Shown here in pieces: positions 43,337 to 52,008 of a stretch of DNA of 64,000 nucleotides (the stretch's first letter is position 1; the number at the start of each line of letters is the position of its first letter). Under the pieces are notes generated by a model. The model was given only the letters and a program-made list of their open reading frames with translations, did no database searches and was not told where the DNA came from. Source of the stretch: an uncultured Clostridia bacterium (GTDB lineage Bacteria; Bacillota; Clostridia; Christensenellales; UBA1242); the NCBI GenBank assembly GCA_944381145.1, contig CALWJZ010000001.1:65125-129124 (forward strand), in the 5' to 3' direction. Position numbers and translations under genes: made by a program.

Positions 43337-44377
43337 ATGGATAGTAATTATTTTACTGAAAGAGATGAAAATAATATTCTAAAAATTAGAGAAATAAGAA
43401 AAGAACTACCTGCCTTTTGTGGAGAATTTTTCAGAGGAATTGAGCCTTACACTACTCCATTAACAAGGTTAGGATATGCCAGGGATATAAAATTATTTTT
43501 TGATTTTTTAGTTTCTGAAACACAAGAATTTTATCAGGTTCCAATATTACAAATAAATGCAGAAGATTTAAATAAAATAACTTCTACTCATTTGGAAATG
43601 TTTATGGAATACATAAGTTTATATAAAATAAATGGAAAAACTTATAAAAATGGAGAAAATGCGCGTTGTAGAAAACTAAGTAGTATAAGATCATTGTTTA
43701 AATATTTTTATAAAAAAGATGTTCTTAAAAGTAATGTTGCTGCTAAATTGGAAACACCAAAAATTCATGAAAAACAAATAATTCGTTTAGAAGGAGATGA
43801 GGTTTCAAAAGTTTTAGATTTAGCTGAAACTGGACAAGACATGACAAAAATGCAACAAGGATTTCATAAACATACTCAAGCTAGAGATTATGCAATGTTA
43901 TCATTATTTTTAGGTACGGGAATACGTATTTCTGAATGTGTTGGATTAGATATAAATGATTTTGATTTTAAGCAAAATGCATTTAAAGTTACTAGAAAAG
44001 GTGGCAACAAAGTTATTTTGTATTTTAATGATGAAGTATCTGATGCCTTGCAAAATTATATTTTGGAAAGAAATAAAATTAAACCACAAAAAGGTAGTGA
44101 AAACGCCCTATTTTTAAGTTTACAGAACAAAAGAATTTCAGTTAGAGCTGTTGAAAAATTAGTTAAAAAATATAGTAAAATAGTAAATCCACTAAAAAAA
44201 ATTACTCCACATAAACTAAGAAGTACATTTGGTACAAATTTATATAGAGAAACTAATGATATTTACGTAGTAGCAGATGTATTAGGACACAAAGATGTTA
44301 ATACTACACGAAAACACTATGCTGCTATTTCAGATGATATAAGAAGAAATGCTGCACAAAAAGTTAAATTTAGATAA
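43337..44377 (+). CDS. Tyrosine site-specific recombinase, XerS/XerC-like
   Basis: C-terminal catalytic pattern 'ARDYAMLSLFLGTGIRISE', 'VTRKGGNK', 'ITPHKLRSTFGTNLY', 'LGHKDVNTTRKHY' (R..K..HxxR..H..Y). The N-terminal 'LPAFCGEFF..TTPLTRLGYARDIKLFFDFL' resembles the XerS layout. AAAGGA RBS. Confidence 0.85.
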   Translation: MDSNYFTERDENNILKIREIRKELPAFCGEFFRGIEPYTTPLTRLGYARDIKLFFDFLVSETQEFYQVPILQINAEDLNKITSTHLEMFMEYISLYKINGKTYKNGENARCRKLSSIRSLFKYFYKKDVLKSNVAAKLETPKIHEKQIIRLEGDEVSKVLDLAETGQDMTKMQQGFHKHTQARDYAMLSLFLGTGIRISECVGLDINDFDFKQNAFKVTRKGGNKVILYFNDEVSDALQNYILERNKIKPQKGSENALFLSLQNKRISVRAVEKLVKKYSKIVNPLKKITPHKLRSTFGTNLYRETNDIYVVADVLGHKDVNTTRKHYAAISDDIRRNAAQKVKFR

Positions 44378-44390
44378 ATTCAAAATATTT

Positions 44391-44404
44391 AGAACATTTG
44401 TTTG
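44391..44404 (+). promoter_or_regulatory. LexA (Cheo/SOS) box at the lexA promoter
   Basis: AGAACATTTGTTTG fits the Gram-positive GAAC-N4-GTTY core and overlaps the -35 hexamer. Confidence 0.7.
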
Positions 44405-44430
44405 ACAAGGAATTATATATGTGATATATT
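44402..44430 (+). promoter_or_regulatory. Sigma-A-type promoter for lexA
   Basis: TTGACA (44402-44407), 17 nt, TATATT (44425-44430), preceded by TGa (an extended -10-like element). Confidence 0.6.
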
Positions 44431-44459
44431 AAGTAATATAAGTTTGATAGGAGTTAACT

Positions 44460-45086
44460 ATGTCTAAATATTCCAAAGAAGAACAATTGCTTACTTTTAT
44501 AAAAAATTATCAAAATAATAACGGATATCCCCCTACCGTTAGAGAAATGTGTAAGGCTATTAAGGTTAGTAGCACTAGTACTATATTCTATTATTTAAAT
44601 AAATTAGAAACATCAAATAAGATTAAAAAAAGCCCTAACAAAAATAGAGCCTTAGAAATATTAGATAATGAAAATATCGAGTTAACTAGTATAAAGACCG
44701 ATAATATAAATAATTTAACAAAAATTCCAGTATTAGGGACTGTTACATGTGGTGAACCAGTACTTGCAATTCAAACATCAGAAGAATATTTTATGGTGTC
44801 CAAAGCTTTATTTAAAGGCGATGATTTGTTTATGCTAACAGCTAAAGGGGATAGCATGATTAATGCTGGTATATTTGATGGTGATAAAATAGTGCTAAAA
44901 CAACAATCATATGCAAATAATGGCGATATTGTAGCTGCATTAATTGATGATTCTGCAACAATTAAAAGGTTTTATAAAGAAGACGGTCATTATAGATTAC
45001 AACCTGAAAATGATAGTTATTCCCCTATTATTGTTGATAATATTCAAATTATTGGAAAAGTAGTAGGATTAGTTAGAAAATTTTAA
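44460..45086 (+). CDS. lexA: LexA repressor
   Basis: N-terminal wHTH 'GYPPTVREMCKAIKVSSTSTIFYYLNKLE', S24 peptidase domain with 'GDSMINAGI' and a Lys in 'IKRF'. AGGAG RBS. Confidence 0.92.
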   Translation: MSKYSKEEQLLTFIKNYQNNNGYPPTVREMCKAIKVSSTSTIFYYLNKLETSNKIKKSPNKNRALEILDNENIELTSIKTDNINNLTKIPVLGTVTCGEPVLAIQTSEEYFMVSKALFKGDDLFMLTAKGDSMINAGIFDGDKIVLKQQSYANNGDIVAALIDDSATIKRFYKEDGHYRLQPENDSYSPIIVDNIQIIGKVVGLVRKF

Positions 45087-45098
45087 TTTGTAAAAAAT

Positions 45099-45127
45099 AA
45101 AACGCTTAAATTATTTTTAAGCGTTTT
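45099..45127. terminator. Bidirectional terminator between lexA and miaA
   Basis: 12-bp stem AAAACGCTTAAA (45099-45110) / TTTAAGCGTTTT (45116-45127) with A/T runs on both sides. It overlaps the miaA stop. Confidence 0.75.
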
Positions 45128-46034
45128 TATTATATAAAACTAAAATACTTTCTAAAATATTTTTATCATTAGAATTAAACCAGTGGATGTCTGGATTTTT
45201 TTTAAACCAAGTTATTTGTCTTTTTGCATAATTTCGTGAATGTTGTTTAATTTTATCTATTGTTTCTGATAATGACATCTCATTTCTTATATAACTTACT
45301 ATTTCTTTATATCCTATAGCTTTCATAGCATTGCAATTTTCTGGAGTAAAACCTTTATTATAAAAATAAGTAACTTCCTCAATTAGTCCATTATTAATCA
45401 TTATATCAACCCTATTATTAATTTTATCATATAATTCTTTTCTATCTAAGTATAATCCAATAATTAAAGGATTTTTTAATATAACATCACAGGTATTTGG
45501 AATTTTTGATTTGACATTATCTGTAGTTAATTTTATTTCAATAGCTCGAATTATTCGTTTTGTATCATTAATATGAATATTGTTAGCAGAATCTGGATCA
45601 ATTTTTATAAGATAATTATAAAGATATTCTTTTCCTTTGTTTTTTAAAAGATTTTCTAATTCATTTCTTATTTTGAAATTTTTTTCTGATTGTCCATATG
45701 AATAATTTTTAATCAAACTATCAATGTAAAAACCAGTGCCACCTACTACAATTGGTAATATATGTTCACTTTTTAATTTTGCTAATATATCAGATGCATT
45801 TTGTCTAAATATTGCAACATTGTATTCACAAGATGGATTAACAAAATCAATTAAAAAATGTTTTACATCAGACATTTCTTCTTTAGTTGGTTTAGCAGTG
45901 CCTATATTGAAGTCTTTATATATATACATACTATCAGCATTAATTATATTTGCATTCAATTTTTTTGCAAGTTTTATTGATAAGCTAGTTTTACCTGTTG
46001 CTGTAGCTCCTACAATAATTATACTATCGTACAT
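45117..46034 (-). CDS. miaA: tRNA dimethylallyltransferase
   Basis: P-loop 'IVGATATGKTSLSIKLAKKL', 'IINADSMYIYKDFNIGTAKPT' and 'HFLIDF'. The start overlaps the mutL stop (TAATG). Confidence 0.92.
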   Translation of the reverse strand: MYDSIIIVGATATGKTSLSIKLAKKLNANIINADSMYIYKDFNIGTAKPTKEEMSDVKHFLIDFVNPSCEYNVAIFRQNASDILAKLKSEHILPIVVGGTGFYIDSLIKNYSYGQSEKNFKIRNELENLLKNKGKEYLYNYLIKIDPDSANNIHINDTKRIIRAIEIKLTTDNVKSKIPNTCDVILKNPLIIGLYLDRKELYDKINNRVDIMINNGLIEEVTYFYNKGFTPENCNAMKAIGYKEIVSYIRNEMSLSETIDKIKQHSRNYAKRQITWFKKNPDIHWFNSNDKNILESILVLYNKNA

Positions 46035-47941
46035 TAAACTATCCTTTTAAACCATTTTTCAATTTCATTTTTTGTTATATTAACTATAATTGGCCTACCA
46101 TGTGGGCACAAAAGAACTTTTCCAGGTTCATATAATTTTTCTAATAAATAGCCGATTTCAGAATCATTTAAAATATCTTTTCCTTTTATAGCTGATTTAC
46201 ATGCTGTTTTTGCTAAATATTCTTTTATTGAATTGCTTTTACTAAGTATTAGTTTATTGTCAATATCATGCAAAATATTGTCAAAAAATTCCTTGATGTT
46301 GATATTTTCTAATAATAAAGGGACACTAGATATTTTAAATGCATTATCGCCAAAATTTTCAATATCAAAACCAATTTCTTTTATTTGATTGAAATTTTCA
46401 TTTATAAATCCAGCTTCTAAATAATTAGCTTCCAAAATATAAGGTATCATTAAAGGTTGAGTAGCAACTTCTTTATTTTTTAATTCATTATTCAAATTAT
46501 CAAATAAAATTCTTTCGTGTCCTGCGTGTTGATCAATTATAAATAACGATTGTTCTCTTTCAACAAGTATATAAGTATCAAATAATGTTCCAATTAATTT
46601 AAAATTATTTTTATTAATATTTATATTCTCTTGTTCTATCTTTTCATTATAATTATCTATATTACTTTTTGATGAAGATGCAACCTGAAAATCAAAGATT
46701 TTTCTATCGTGTATTGGATAAATATTTATTAAATTTTCAATCTTGTTTGCTTCATATTCTAAATTATTTTCCAGTGAAACTTCTTTTATTTCATTACTAT
46801 CATATTTTTTTTCACTAGTAATATTTGATAAATTATTTTCATCATAATCATTTTTTTGAGGAGTATATTCTGATCCAATATTTTTTATATTATAAAGTAA
46901 ATCATTATTTACAGTATTATCTACATTGTTTTCATCTACAGTAATTGATTTTGTATTATTTATATCAAAAAGAATATCTGAAACAGAAGAATAAACAATT
47001 CCAAAAATTTTATTATTATCTTCAAATTTTACATCAAGTTTGTTTGGATGAACATTAACATCAACTTTGTCTAATGGTATAGTTAAATTAATAACATAAA
47101 AGGGAAATGTTCCTTTCATAATAAAATTTTCATATGCTTTGTAAATTGCTGTCGATATTGTTTGATTTATTACATATCTGCCATTAATAATAAGTGTTTG
47201 ATATGTTCTATTTGGCTTAGAAAAAGTTGGCTTACAAAGATATCCACTAAAAATAAAATCATCTTTTTTGAAATTAAATTCAAAAATATTATCAACTATT
47301 TGTTTGCCATAAATTGAATAAATAGCATCATATAAGCCTGTACCATAAGATTGATAAATAATTTTATTATCTGCAATATACTTAAAAGAAATTTTTGGAT
47401 TGGCAAGAATTAGTCTAGATACTAAATTTGTTATTTCATTTTCTTCCAATTTTGGTTTTCTTAAAAATTTTTTTCTTGCAGGAATATTAAAAAACAAATC
47501 ACTAACAATTATAAATGTACCATTTGTAGCTCCAACTGGTTCAATCTCACCTAACTCACCACCATTAACTTTTATCTGATATCCAATATCTTGATCTGTT
47601 TTTGATGACATTATAATTTTAGATACAGAAGCAATTGAACTCAATGCTTCTCCCCTAAAACCTAAAGTACCAATTTTACTTAAATCATCTATCGATTTTA
47701 TTTTGCTTGTTGCATGAGCCATAAATACTTTATTAAAGTCATCTTTTTCTATTCCACAACCATTATCAACAACCTTTATTTGTTCTATACCTCCATTTAA
47801 TATCTCAATAGAAATATTTGTAGCTCCAGCATCAATACTATTTTCTACTAATTCTTTTACTACAGAAGCAGGTTTTTCTACTACTTCTCCTGCAGCTATT
47901 TTATTGTAAACTTCTTTTTCTAAAATATTTATTTTTGACAT
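46034..47941 (-). CDS. mutL: DNA mismatch repair protein MutL
   Basis: GHKL ATPase motifs 'IAAGEVVEKPASVVKELVENSIDAGAT', 'DNGCGI' and 'GFRGEAL'. Lies 1 nt after the mutS stop. Confidence 0.95.
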   Translation of the reverse strand: MSKINILEKEVYNKIAAGEVVEKPASVVKELVENSIDAGATNISIEILNGGIEQIKVVDNGCGIEKDDFNKVFMAHATSKIKSIDDLSKIGTLGFRGEALSSIASVSKIIMSSKTDQDIGYQIKVNGGELGEIEPVGATNGTFIIVSDLFFNIPARKKFLRKPKLEENEITNLVSRLILANPKISFKYIADNKIIYQSYGTGLYDAIYSIYGKQIVDNIFEFNFKKDDFIFSGYLCKPTFSKPNRTYQTLIINGRYVINQTISTAIYKAYENFIMKGTFPFYVINLTIPLDKVDVNVHPNKLDVKFEDNNKIFGIVYSSVSDILFDINNTKSITVDENNVDNTVNNDLLYNIKNIGSEYTPQKNDYDENNLSNITSEKKYDSNEIKEVSLENNLEYEANKIENLINIYPIHDRKIFDFQVASSSKSNIDNYNEKIEQENININKNNFKLIGTLFDTYILVEREQSLFIIDQHAGHERILFDNLNNELKNKEVATQPLMIPYILEANYLEAGFINENFNQIKEIGFDIENFGDNAFKISSVPLLLENINIKEFFDNILHDIDNKLILSKSNSIKEYLAKTACKSAIKGKDILNDSEIGYLLEKLYEPGKVLLCPHGRPIIVNITKNEIEKWFKRIV

Positions 47942-47942
47942 A

Positions 47943-50573
47943 TTAATCCTTTTTTAAATAATTTTTTAGTTGTATCAAAATATCAAAAGCATTAAGAGGT
48001 GTAAGATTATTAAGATTTAAATCTTCTAGCACTGAAACAATATTTTTTATATTTCTATTAAGCACAACATTTTTTGTAGCATAGTCATTATCAATTTCGG
48101 AAGTAATTTTTTTATTATTTGATAAATCGTTTTGTTCCAAAGTATGTAGTATGTTTTTAGCTCTAATTAAAACATCATTTGGAAGTCCAGCAAGAGATGC
48201 AACTTCTATTCCAAAACTTCTACTTGCACCACCTCTTACAATTTTTCGTAAAAATATTATTGAATTATTATATTCTTTTACTGAAACTTTATAATTTTTA
48301 ATACCATCAATTAAACCTTCTAATTCTGTTAGTTCATGATAATGTGTTGAAAACAATGTTTTACAAGTATAATTTTTCGAAATAAATTCAATTACTGCCC
48401 ACGCAATACTTAAGCCATCAAAAGTAGATGTTCCCCTACCAACTTCATCAAGAATAATTAACGAATTATTTGTAGCATTGTTTAAAATATTACTAACTTC
48501 ATTCATTTCTACCATGAACGTGCTTTGTCCCATAGATAAATCATCACTAGCACCAATCCTTGTAAAAATCTTATCTACTAAACAAATCTTTGCACTCAAA
48601 GCTGGAACATAAGAACCAATGTGAGCCATTAATGTAATCAAAGCGACTTGTCTCATATATGTACTTTTACCAGCCATATTAGGACCTGTAATTATCATTG
48701 TTCTACTATCAGAATCATTTAAAATAGTATCGTTTGGAACAAATTCTTCAGATTTGTTTATTAATTCAACTATAGGGTGTCTGCCTGAAATAATTTCAAT
48801 GTTTTTATTATTCTTAGAGATTATTGGTTTACAATAATTATTTTCTAAGGCAACTGTTGCAAAAGACAATAATACATCTAGTTCAGCTATAGCGTTTGCT
48901 GTTTGTTTCATTTTATTTAAATTATTAATCAAAATTTTTCGAATATTTTCAAATATTTCCTTTTCTAAAGATTCTTTTAGAATATTTGCATTTAATATTT
49001 TTTCTTCATACTCTTTTAATTCATCTGTAATATATCTTTCTGAGTTAGATATAGTTTGTCGCCTAATATAATTATATGGAACAAGGCTACTTTGAGAATT
49101 TGGAACCTCTATGTAATAGCCAAAAACTTTGTTATAACTTATTTTTAAATTTTTTATTTTTGTTTTTTCTTTTTCTTTTGCTTCTATTTTTGCAATATAT
49201 TCTTTAGCAGATTTTGAAATATCTATATATTCATCTAATTGTTTATTAAATCCATATTTTATTAAATCAGTATTTTTTGAATCAAATTGCGAATCATTTT
49301 TGTCAACAATGGCTCTCTCTAATAAATCTACGATATCAGAAAAGTCATGCAAATCTTCTTTGATTTTAGTAATATTATTTGAGTTAAAAGGATCTAAACA
49401 TTTTTTTATTTCAGGAATTAAATTCAAAGATTTTTTTAACAAAATACAGTCACTATTTACAAAATTATTATAACTTATCCTTCCTATTAATCTTTCAATG
49501 TCATATACATTATACAATAAATTTGATATTTTTTCACGAATTATAATATTTTTGACTAGTTCCTCAACGCTATTAAGTCTTGCATTGATTAATTTATCAT
49601 TATACAAAGGTTGTTCTATATATGATTTTAAAAGTCTTGCTCCCATAGAAGTTTTAGTTTTGTTTAAAACCCAAAACAAAGACCCTCTTTTTTTTCTATC
49701 TTTCAAAGTTTCAGTAAGCTCTAAGTTTCTTCTTGAATTTGCATCAATTTGCATATAATTATTTAATTCAATGAATTCAACAGAATTAATATGTGATAAT
49801 TCTCTTTTTTGTGTGTTATAAATATATTGCAATAATGCTCCAGCACTAATTATAGAATAATGCCTGTTATTTAATTCTGTTTTTTTGATACTATCAATAT
49901 TTAATTGTTTAATTAACAAATCGCATGCTTTACTATAATCGAAATATTTTAAATCTATAGTCTCACTTTTTGGAATATAATTAGATACAACACAAGGAAG
50001 AGAATTATAATAATTTATCATTTCATCATTCAAAATAATTTCACTAGGCTTAATGCTAACCAAGAAATCATTTGTTTTTGATAAAATATTTTCATTTACA
50101 AATTCCGTAGCAAAAAATTTTCCTGTCGAAATATCTATACACGAAATTCCAATATTATCTTTATCTTTATAGATACAAATAATATAATTATTTTTGTTTT
50201 CATCAAGCATAGAACTTTCAATAAGTGTACCAGGAGTAATTATTCTTACAACATCTCTTTCAACGACCTTGATACCTTTTGTAGGTAGAGTTAATTGTTC
50301 ACAAATAGCAACCTTATAACCTTTTTCTAATAATTTTGCAATATAACCTTCACATGCGTGATGAGGAACTCCACACATTGGCGCTCTTTTTTCTAATCCA
50401 CAATCTTTTCCTGTTAATGTAAGTTCTAATTCACGTGCACATAATTCTGCATCTTCAAAAAACATTTCATAAAAATCACCAAGCCTAAAAAACAAAATAC
50501 AATCTTTGTATTTTTCTTTCATATTTAGATATTGTTTCATCATTGGAGATAATTTCTCTTCAGTTTTTTTCAT
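47943..50573 (-). CDS. mutS: DNA mismatch repair protein MutS
   Basis: 'SPMMKQYL..FFRLGDFYEMFFEDA' mismatch-binding motif, Walker A 'GPNMAGKST', 'STFMVEM' and 'DEVGRGTSTFDG'. Confidence 0.95.
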   Translation of the reverse strand: MKKTEEKLSPMMKQYLNMKEKYKDCILFFRLGDFYEMFFEDAELCARELELTLTGKDCGLEKRAPMCGVPHHACEGYIAKLLEKGYKVAICEQLTLPTKGIKVVERDVVRIITPGTLIESSMLDENKNNYIICIYKDKDNIGISCIDISTGKFFATEFVNENILSKTNDFLVSIKPSEIILNDEMINYYNSLPCVVSNYIPKSETIDLKYFDYSKACDLLIKQLNIDSIKKTELNNRHYSIISAGALLQYIYNTQKRELSHINSVEFIELNNYMQIDANSRRNLELTETLKDRKKRGSLFWVLNKTKTSMGARLLKSYIEQPLYNDKLINARLNSVEELVKNIIIREKISNLLYNVYDIERLIGRISYNNFVNSDCILLKKSLNLIPEIKKCLDPFNSNNITKIKEDLHDFSDIVDLLERAIVDKNDSQFDSKNTDLIKYGFNKQLDEYIDISKSAKEYIAKIEAKEKEKTKIKNLKISYNKVFGYYIEVPNSQSSLVPYNYIRRQTISNSERYITDELKEYEEKILNANILKESLEKEIFENIRKILINNLNKMKQTANAIAELDVLLSFATVALENNYCKPIISKNNKNIEIISGRHPIVELINKSEEFVPNDTILNDSDSRTMIITGPNMAGKSTYMRQVALITLMAHIGSYVPALSAKICLVDKIFTRIGASDDLSMGQSTFMVEMNEVSNILNNATNNSLIILDEVGRGTSTFDGLSIAWAVIEFISKNYTCKTLFSTHYHELTELEGLIDGIKNYKVSVKEYNNSIIFLRKIVRGGASRSFGIEVASLAGLPNDVLIRAKNILHTLEQNDLSNNKKITSEIDNDYATKNVVLNRNIKNIVSVLEDLNLNNLTPLNAFDILIQLKNYLKKD

Positions 50574-50580
50574 ATAAACC

Positions 50581-51891
50581 TCAATTTACTAATTTGCCAA
50601 ATAATTTGTTGTATGCAAATTTTGTAATTTCAACATTATAAAACTTGTTGATTTCTAGTTCGTCATTTACAATAATAGTTTTTCCACTATCAGACATTGT
50701 TAAAAATCCTTTTTCAGATTTTTCAATAGCTATAACATTAAATGTTTTACCGATTGAATTTTCATTTTTTTGTTTTGTAATTGACTTTGTTAATTCTAAT
50801 AACTTATGAATACGAGTCTTTTTGGTTTCTTCATCAATTTGATTTTCCATCTTTTCAGCTACAGTTCCACTTCTTTTAGAAAACATGAAAGCAAAAACCC
50901 CATCATATTTTACTTGATTAACTAAATTGTAAGTTTCCATAAAATCTTCTTCAGTTTCACCGGGAAAACCAACAATAATATCTGTCGAAATATAGGCATC
51001 TGGAATATATTTTCTAATTAAATCAATTAATGTTAAATAGTGTTCCTTTGTGTATTTTCTATTCATTAACCTTAAAATTTTATTACTTCCAGACTGAATT
51101 GGAAGATGTATAACTTTGCAAATTTTATCATTACTTGCAATAGTTTTAATTACATCTTCACTTAAATCTTTTGGATGTGAAGTCATAAATTTAATTTTAA
51201 AGTCACCTTTAATTTCACAAATTTTCTTTAACAAAAAAGAAAAATTTATAGATTTATCTTCAAAATCATTTCCATAGCTATTAACATTTTGTCCAAGTAA
51301 AGTAATATATTTATACCCCTGCTTAACTAGAGCCTCAACTTCATTAACAATTTCTTGATAATTTCTGCTTCTCTCTCTTCCTCTGACATAAGGAACTATG
51401 CAATATGAACAAAAATTATTACAACCAAAATTTATATTCACCCATGCATTAGAATATAAATTATCTCGACTTATTTCTATATTTTCATATATTCCATTTG
51501 CTTCTTTCCAAATATCAGATATTTTTTTGTGATTACGCTTAAAATTAATAATAAATTCTTTGAACAAATGGATATTGTGAGTACCAAAAATTATATCTAC
51601 AAAAGGGAATTTTTTATAAATCAATTCACTTCTACCATCTGCTTGCGCCATACACCCACAAATAGCAACGATTAGATCTTTGTTGGCTTTTTTTATTTTT
51701 TTTATTTGTCCAATATTCCCTAAAATTTTTTGTTCAACACCATCTCTTATACAGCAAGTATTAAATACAATTATTGACGCATCATTAATTTTGTCAGTTT
51801 TTGTATAATTAAGACTTTCTAACATACCTGCAAGCTTTTCACTTTCATGAACATTCATTTGACAACCAAATGTTTTTATATAATATTTCAT
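50581..51891 (-). CDS. miaB: tRNA-i6A37 methylthiotransferase MiaB
   Basis: UPF0004 N-domain 'KTFGCQMNVHESE', radical-SAM 'CNNFCSYCIVPYVRG' and a C-terminal TRAM-like end. Its position upstream of mutS is as in Bacillus. Confidence 0.85.
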   Translation of the reverse strand: MKYYIKTFGCQMNVHESEKLAGMLESLNYTKTDKINDASIIVFNTCCIRDGVEQKILGNIGQIKKIKKANKDLIVAICGCMAQADGRSELIYKKFPFVDIIFGTHNIHLFKEFIINFKRNHKKISDIWKEANGIYENIEISRDNLYSNAWVNINFGCNNFCSYCIVPYVRGRERSRNYQEIVNEVEALVKQGYKYITLLGQNVNSYGNDFEDKSINFSFLLKKICEIKGDFKIKFMTSHPKDLSEDVIKTIASNDKICKVIHLPIQSGSNKILRLMNRKYTKEHYLTLIDLIRKYIPDAYISTDIIVGFPGETEEDFMETYNLVNQVKYDGVFAFMFSKRSGTVAEKMENQIDEETKKTRIHKLLELTKSITKQKNENSIGKTFNVIAIEKSEKGFLTMSDSGKTIIVNDELEINKFYNVEITKFAYNKLFGKLVN

Positions 51892-51914
51892 ATTTTCCTT
51901 CTATCGTAATTTTT

Positions 51915-51943
51915 TTGACAAACTTGTACAAGATAAGTATATA
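51915..51943 (+). promoter_or_regulatory. Sigma-A-type promoter for the PBP gene
   Basis: TTGACA (51915-51920), 17 nt, TATATA (51938-51943). Confidence 0.45.
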
Positions 51944-52008
51944 TTAGTTTAAAAAAAAATTCAAGTTATTTCAAAATTATAGTAGTATAAAAGATAAAAA
52001 AGGTTTTT

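Noticed and set aside
43337-44377. The tyrosine recombinase as a prophage or ICE integrase marking a mobile element
   Set aside because: It has no adjacent excisionase, phage, conjugation or cargo genes, and is flanked by lexA and core genes. Its sequence layout is Xer-like.
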